From NCBI GenBank assembly GCA_964291295.2, contig OZ219754.1:1760001-1824000 (forward strand): a stretch of 64,000 nt of DNA, written 5' to 3'. The notes under the pieces are model-generated. The model made no database searches. It worked only from the letters and a program-made list of their open reading frames with translations, and had not been told where the DNA came from. Both the position numbers and the translations under genes were made by a program. The stretch comes from an uncultured Candidatus Binatia bacterium. Lineage in GTDB: Bacteria; Desulfobacterota; Binatia; UBA9968; JAJDTQ01. This document shows positions 61,401 to 64,000 of this stretch, piece by piece (position 1 is the first letter of the stretch; the number at the start of each line of letters is the position of its first letter).

Positions 61401-63989
61401 GGCGACGTGACGGTGGCGAATGCGACGCTGACCTTCACCACGGTCAACTGGAACATGCCGCAGACGGTGACGGTGAACGCGGGGACGGACACGGACACGA
61501 CGCCGGACGCCGCCGTGACGCTGACCCACAGCGCCTCGGGGGGCGGCTACGCTTCGGTGAGCATCGCCTCGGTGGTGGTGAGCGTGACGGAGAGCGGCGT
61601 GGTGCCGGCGAAGCCGACGGGCCTGGCGGCGGCGGCGGGGGACGGTTCGGTGACGCTGAGCTGGACGGACGCGGGCAATCCGACCATCACGAAGTGGCAA
61701 TACCGGCGGAAGGCCGGTGGCGGGGCCTGGGGCGATTGGACGGACATCGGGGGCTCCGGAGCGAGCACCACAAGCTACGAGGTGAGCGGGCTGACCAACG
61801 GCACCGCGTATCAGTTCGAGGTGCGCGCGGTGAACGGTGCCGGCAACGGCGCTGGCCCGGATGCGCCGGTGAGCGCGACGCCGACGGGCGCCACGCCGCC
61901 ATCCACGCCTCCCGGGACAACGCCGACGCCGCCTGCGGCGGTCGGGAGCGGGAGCGTGCGGGTGACGCCGGCGGCGCTGACGGTGGAGGAGGGCGGCACC
62001 GGGAGTTACACGGTGGTGCTGGGTGCGGAGCCCGCGGGGACGGTGACGGTGACGGTGGGCGGGGCATCGGGGGAGGTGACGGCGGTGCCGCGGCGCCTGA
62101 GCTTCACGGTGTCGAACTGGAGCGAGCCGCAGCGGGTGACGGTGAGCGCGGCTCGTGACGCGGACACGGCGGACGACAGGGCGACGCTGACGCACGGAGC
62201 GAGGGGCGGGGGCTATGATTCGGTGAGCATCGCCTCGGTGGTGGTGCGGGTGAGGGACACGACGCCGGTGCTGAGTCTGGAGACGGACCCGGCGGCGGTG
62301 AGCGAGGGGGAGGACATCCGCCTTGTGGTGACCTCGGACCGTGCGCTGACGGGCAATCTGACGGTGAGCCTGACGCTGGCGGCGCGCGACGGCAGCGGCT
62401 TCGATGCGGAGGACCTTCCGGGGGGACTGGGGCCGCGTTCGTTGGATGCGGTGTTCGGCGCCACGGCGAGCCGGAGGGGAGTGGTGATGATCCCCACCCG
62501 CACGGATGGAGAGGTGGAAGGCCGGGAGTCGTACGGCATCAGGCTGAACGCGGCGGAGGGCTATGCGGTGGGGGTGGATGCGGAGGCGGAGGGAGTTCTG
62601 GAAGAGGGTTCGTCGGAGGGGGCGGATCGGGTGAACCGTGCGATCCTGCCGCAGGTGGCGGCGATGGCGCTGTCGCAGACGCTGGAGGCGGTGACGAGGC
62701 GGATCGAAGCGGTGTCGGATGGCGGTGTGGGCGGTGCGGTGCGTTTTGGAGCGGCGCCGGGGAAGGCGGTGGAGGAGGAGTGGGTTGGCTTGGGAGACCC
62801 GGGGCAACAGGGACCGGGCTTGCGGGAGATGCTGGACGGGGCCTCCTTCGCGCTGCCGCTGGGTGCTTCGGGGGCGGGAGGGGCGGCGGTGCCGGCGTTG
62901 TGGGGAGTGGGCGAGTGGCGGTCGCTGTCGGGTTCGGAGCGGGATCTTTCCTGGGAGGGCGGGCTGTGGTCGGGGTATCTGGGGGCGGACGTTCGGGTTC
63001 GCCCGGACCTGCTGGCGGGGGCGGCGGTGTCGTATGCGAAGGGCAAGGTGGATGCGGTGTCGAAGAGGGGCGACCGGACGAAAAGCAGGCACGAGAGCCG
63101 GGTGGTGTCGGTGAATCCGTATCTGGCGTGGCTGCGTGCGGACGGCACGACGCTGTGGGCCAGCGCGGGTTACGGGAGGGGCGAGGTGCGGATCGCCGAG
63201 GCGGGAGCGGCGGCGCGCACGGCGGACCTGTCGCAATGGAGTGGGGCCGCGGGCGGGCGCGGGGTTCTGATGGAGGATACGGAGATCATTGCCGGGGGCA
63301 CCACGCGAGTGGCGGTGAAGGGGGAGGGCTCCCTGGTCCAACTGGGCACGGAGGCCGGCGACGGTCTGACGGAGTTGACGGTGAAGGCGAGCCGACTGCG
63401 GCTGATGCTGGAGGGGTCGTGGGAGCACCGGGTCGGGGGCGATGCGACGCTGACGCCGGCACTGGAAGTGGGCGTGCGTCATGACGACGGCGACGTTGGG
63501 CAGGGCGGCGGGGTGGAGGTGGGGGCCGGCGTGATCTGGCGCGACCCGGGTGCCCGTCTGACCGCGGAGTTGCGGGCCCGGATGCTGGCGGTGCACGAGC
63601 GGGACCGGAAGGAATGGGGCGTGAGCGCCCTGGTGATCCTGGACCCCGGGGCGGACGGTCGGGGGAGCTATCTGAGCTTCGGCCCGGCCCACGGTCGCAC
63701 GGAAAGCGGTGTGGGGGGGTTGTTCGACTACGGTCCGGCCACGGACAGCGGGGCGGGGGCGGAGGAGAGCCGTCTGGAGGCGGAGCTGGGGCACGGCATC
63801 GGCATCGCCGGCCCGGCGCTGCTGACGCCTTATGCCGGGCTCAGCCTGGCGGAGTCGGGCGAGCGCACGCTGCGCCTGGGTGCGCGCTACCGCTTGGGGT
63901 CGGGGGTCGCCCTGGGAATCGAGGGCACAAGCCGGCCCTGGACCAACGGCGAGCAGAGCCTCATGCTGCGCGGTGCGCTGCGCTGGTGA
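58461..63989 (+). CDS. Large FN3/Calx-beta-like repeat surface protein with C-terminal autotransporter-type beta-barrel (adhesin 2); true start probably 58339 across the poly-C tract
   Basis: Signal peptide ending ARA-Q; FN3 repeats; two TITEG modules; C-terminal ~1000 aa nearly identical to adhesin 1; terminal ..LRW. Confidence 0.85.
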   Translation: MGLSPVGALGRTASRLKAAFALVFFALVTLAVLAPQDARAQQKPALTATPGVGSVTLNWTRTGNTGFGYWVYRQGVTGGGYGDWIDIPGGATIRTHTVTGLTPGTSYTFQVARAEGTGLNFSVFASGGGYSNGATATPTAATSTKTITLSATSTSITEGNSGFTDVTVTVTLGEAAPAADPDLGIFSLSLISASPPGTATGSSKGANPCTAPLNPADTDWCHPDGANISIAEGETMGTKKVRILADTRDEPNETIKLVSSAAHPGWTDGSLTLTITDDDPPTTAVPAATAGLGSDAGDRKVTLIWEAVRDSNPAITKWQYQQKTGLAAYGAWTDISNSAEGEPNNGRYVVTGLSNGTEYKFKVRAVNSSGNGVVSNETTATPTGSKTITLTTDQPNNRITEGDTERKNIVLTVTLSEDAPDEFLVSISYGGGIGTLVGNDNGGSDNCSNPTPATADICFPGGPSASSLPIESGQRTATRTVGILPDTLEEGDEYFSMRASTSTGGWSGDSILITIVDNDGTTAKPAKPTGLSAEAGNGQVELTWTDPEDDSITGYQVQQRKGSAAWGSWTDISGSDADTTNHTVTGLDNDSAYRFRIRAQNGGGNSAASAVVRATPAEPATAPAKPTGLGATKGDTWVYLTWTDPGDASITRWEYRQKAGTGNYGSWMRMTGSGAATVKHQIPGLKNGTVYAFRIRAVNGNGNGAASEEVTATPNPPVAPVLTAATSTTNRNLTLTWTHAGSTAVDYIDGGGASAVWWQTGHRLKGSTTWTAYGGNVSAARGNSRRTSSALLGSAAAYPNGASVEVAIRASGDSLLLGRSDVKGPWSNERTVTFMNTDTNALTITGAPVTVAPGSTAVYRVALTKAYAGTLSVKSDDTDTATVSPPNLTFTADNYSTAQDVTVTGVKNGTATINHAFRLTGATVDAIPDAGTVDVTVADAPGVTVSTAALTVAEGGSGAYTMRLNTAPSSDVTIMVDGASGDVTVANATLTFTTVNWNMPQTVTVNAGTDTDTTPDAAVTLTHSASGGGYASVSIASVVVSVTESGVVPAKPTGLAAAAGDGSVTLSWTDAGNPTITKWQYRRKAGGGAWGDWTDIGGSGASTTSYEVSGLTNGTAYQFEVRAVNGAGNGAGPDAPVSATPTGATPPSTPPGTTPTPPAAVGSGSVRVTPAALTVEEGGTGSYTVVLGAEPAGTVTVTVGGASGEVTAVPRRLSFTVSNWSEPQRVTVSAARDADTADDRATLTHGARGGGYDSVSIASVVVRVRDTTPVLSLETDPAAVSEGEDIRLVVTSDRALTGNLTVSLTLAARDGSGFDAEDLPGGLGPRSLDAVFGATASRRGVVMIPTRTDGEVEGRESYGIRLNAAEGYAVGVDAEAEGVLEEGSSEGADRVNRAILPQVAAMALSQTLEAVTRRIEAVSDGGVGGAVRFGAAPGKAVEEEWVGLGDPGQQGPGLREMLDGASFALPLGASGAGGAAVPALWGVGEWRSLSGSERDLSWEGGLWSGYLGADVRVRPDLLAGAAVSYAKGKVDAVSKRGDRTKSRHESRVVSVNPYLAWLRADGTTLWASAGYGRGEVRIAEAGAAARTADLSQWSGAAGGRGVLMEDTEIIAGGTTRVAVKGEGSLVQLGTEAGDGLTELTVKASRLRLMLEGSWEHRVGGDATLTPALEVGVRHDDGDVGQGGGVEVGAGVIWRDPGARLTAELRARMLAVHERDRKEWGVSALVILDPGADGRGSYLSFGPAHGRTESGVGGLFDYGPATDSGAGAEESRLEAELGHGIGIAGPALLTPYAGLSLAESGERTLRLGARYRLGSGVALGIEGTSRPWTNGEQSLMLRGALRW

Positions 63990-63991
63990 GG
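60984..63991 (+). repeat. ~3-kb direct repeat of 42078-45067 (shared 3' half of the two adhesins)
   Basis: Long runs of identical DNA by eye, e.g. the barrel-coding region; identity not computed. Confidence 0.9.
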
Positions 63992-64000
63992 ATCGCGACC

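Noticed and set aside
39732-63989. Diversity-generating retroelement acting on the adhesins
   Set aside because: No reverse transcriptase, and the differences between paralogs are not adenine-specific template/variable-repeat pairs

Overview
GC-rich bacterial chromosome segment. The gene content (rpmE-prfA-prmC-murA-hisD-hisB-hisH-hisA-hisF block, many acyl-CoA dehydrogenase, ornithine-cyclodeaminase-family, MFS and Mo-enzyme genes, giant FN3 surface proteins, ISAs1/DUF4338 remnant) suggests a deltaproteobacterium-like, possibly host-associated organism; this is inference only. There are three layers. (1) Housekeeping and metabolic genes plus tRNA-Phe. (2) A ~7 kb decaying defence island (16.9-23.4 kb) with an unannotated coupled three-gene module whose last gene is ART-toxin-like and frameshifted, an intact HigBA, a truncated MmeI-type R-M gene, a FitAB/VapBC pair with an amber-interrupted toxin, and HsdR and RTX remnants. 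(3) Two paralogous ~1,800-aa FN3/Calx-like autotransporter-type surface proteins (39.6-45.1 kb and 58.3-64.0 kb). The strongest signal is in layer 3. Each gene has a conserved RBS+ATG upstream of a long poly-C tract (C23 and C17) that currently puts the ATG out of frame with the main ORF. Both share a ~180-bp upstream element, a near-identical ~3-kb 3' block and shuffled, loop-variable 5' modules. This looks like a phase-variable, modular adhesin repertoire.
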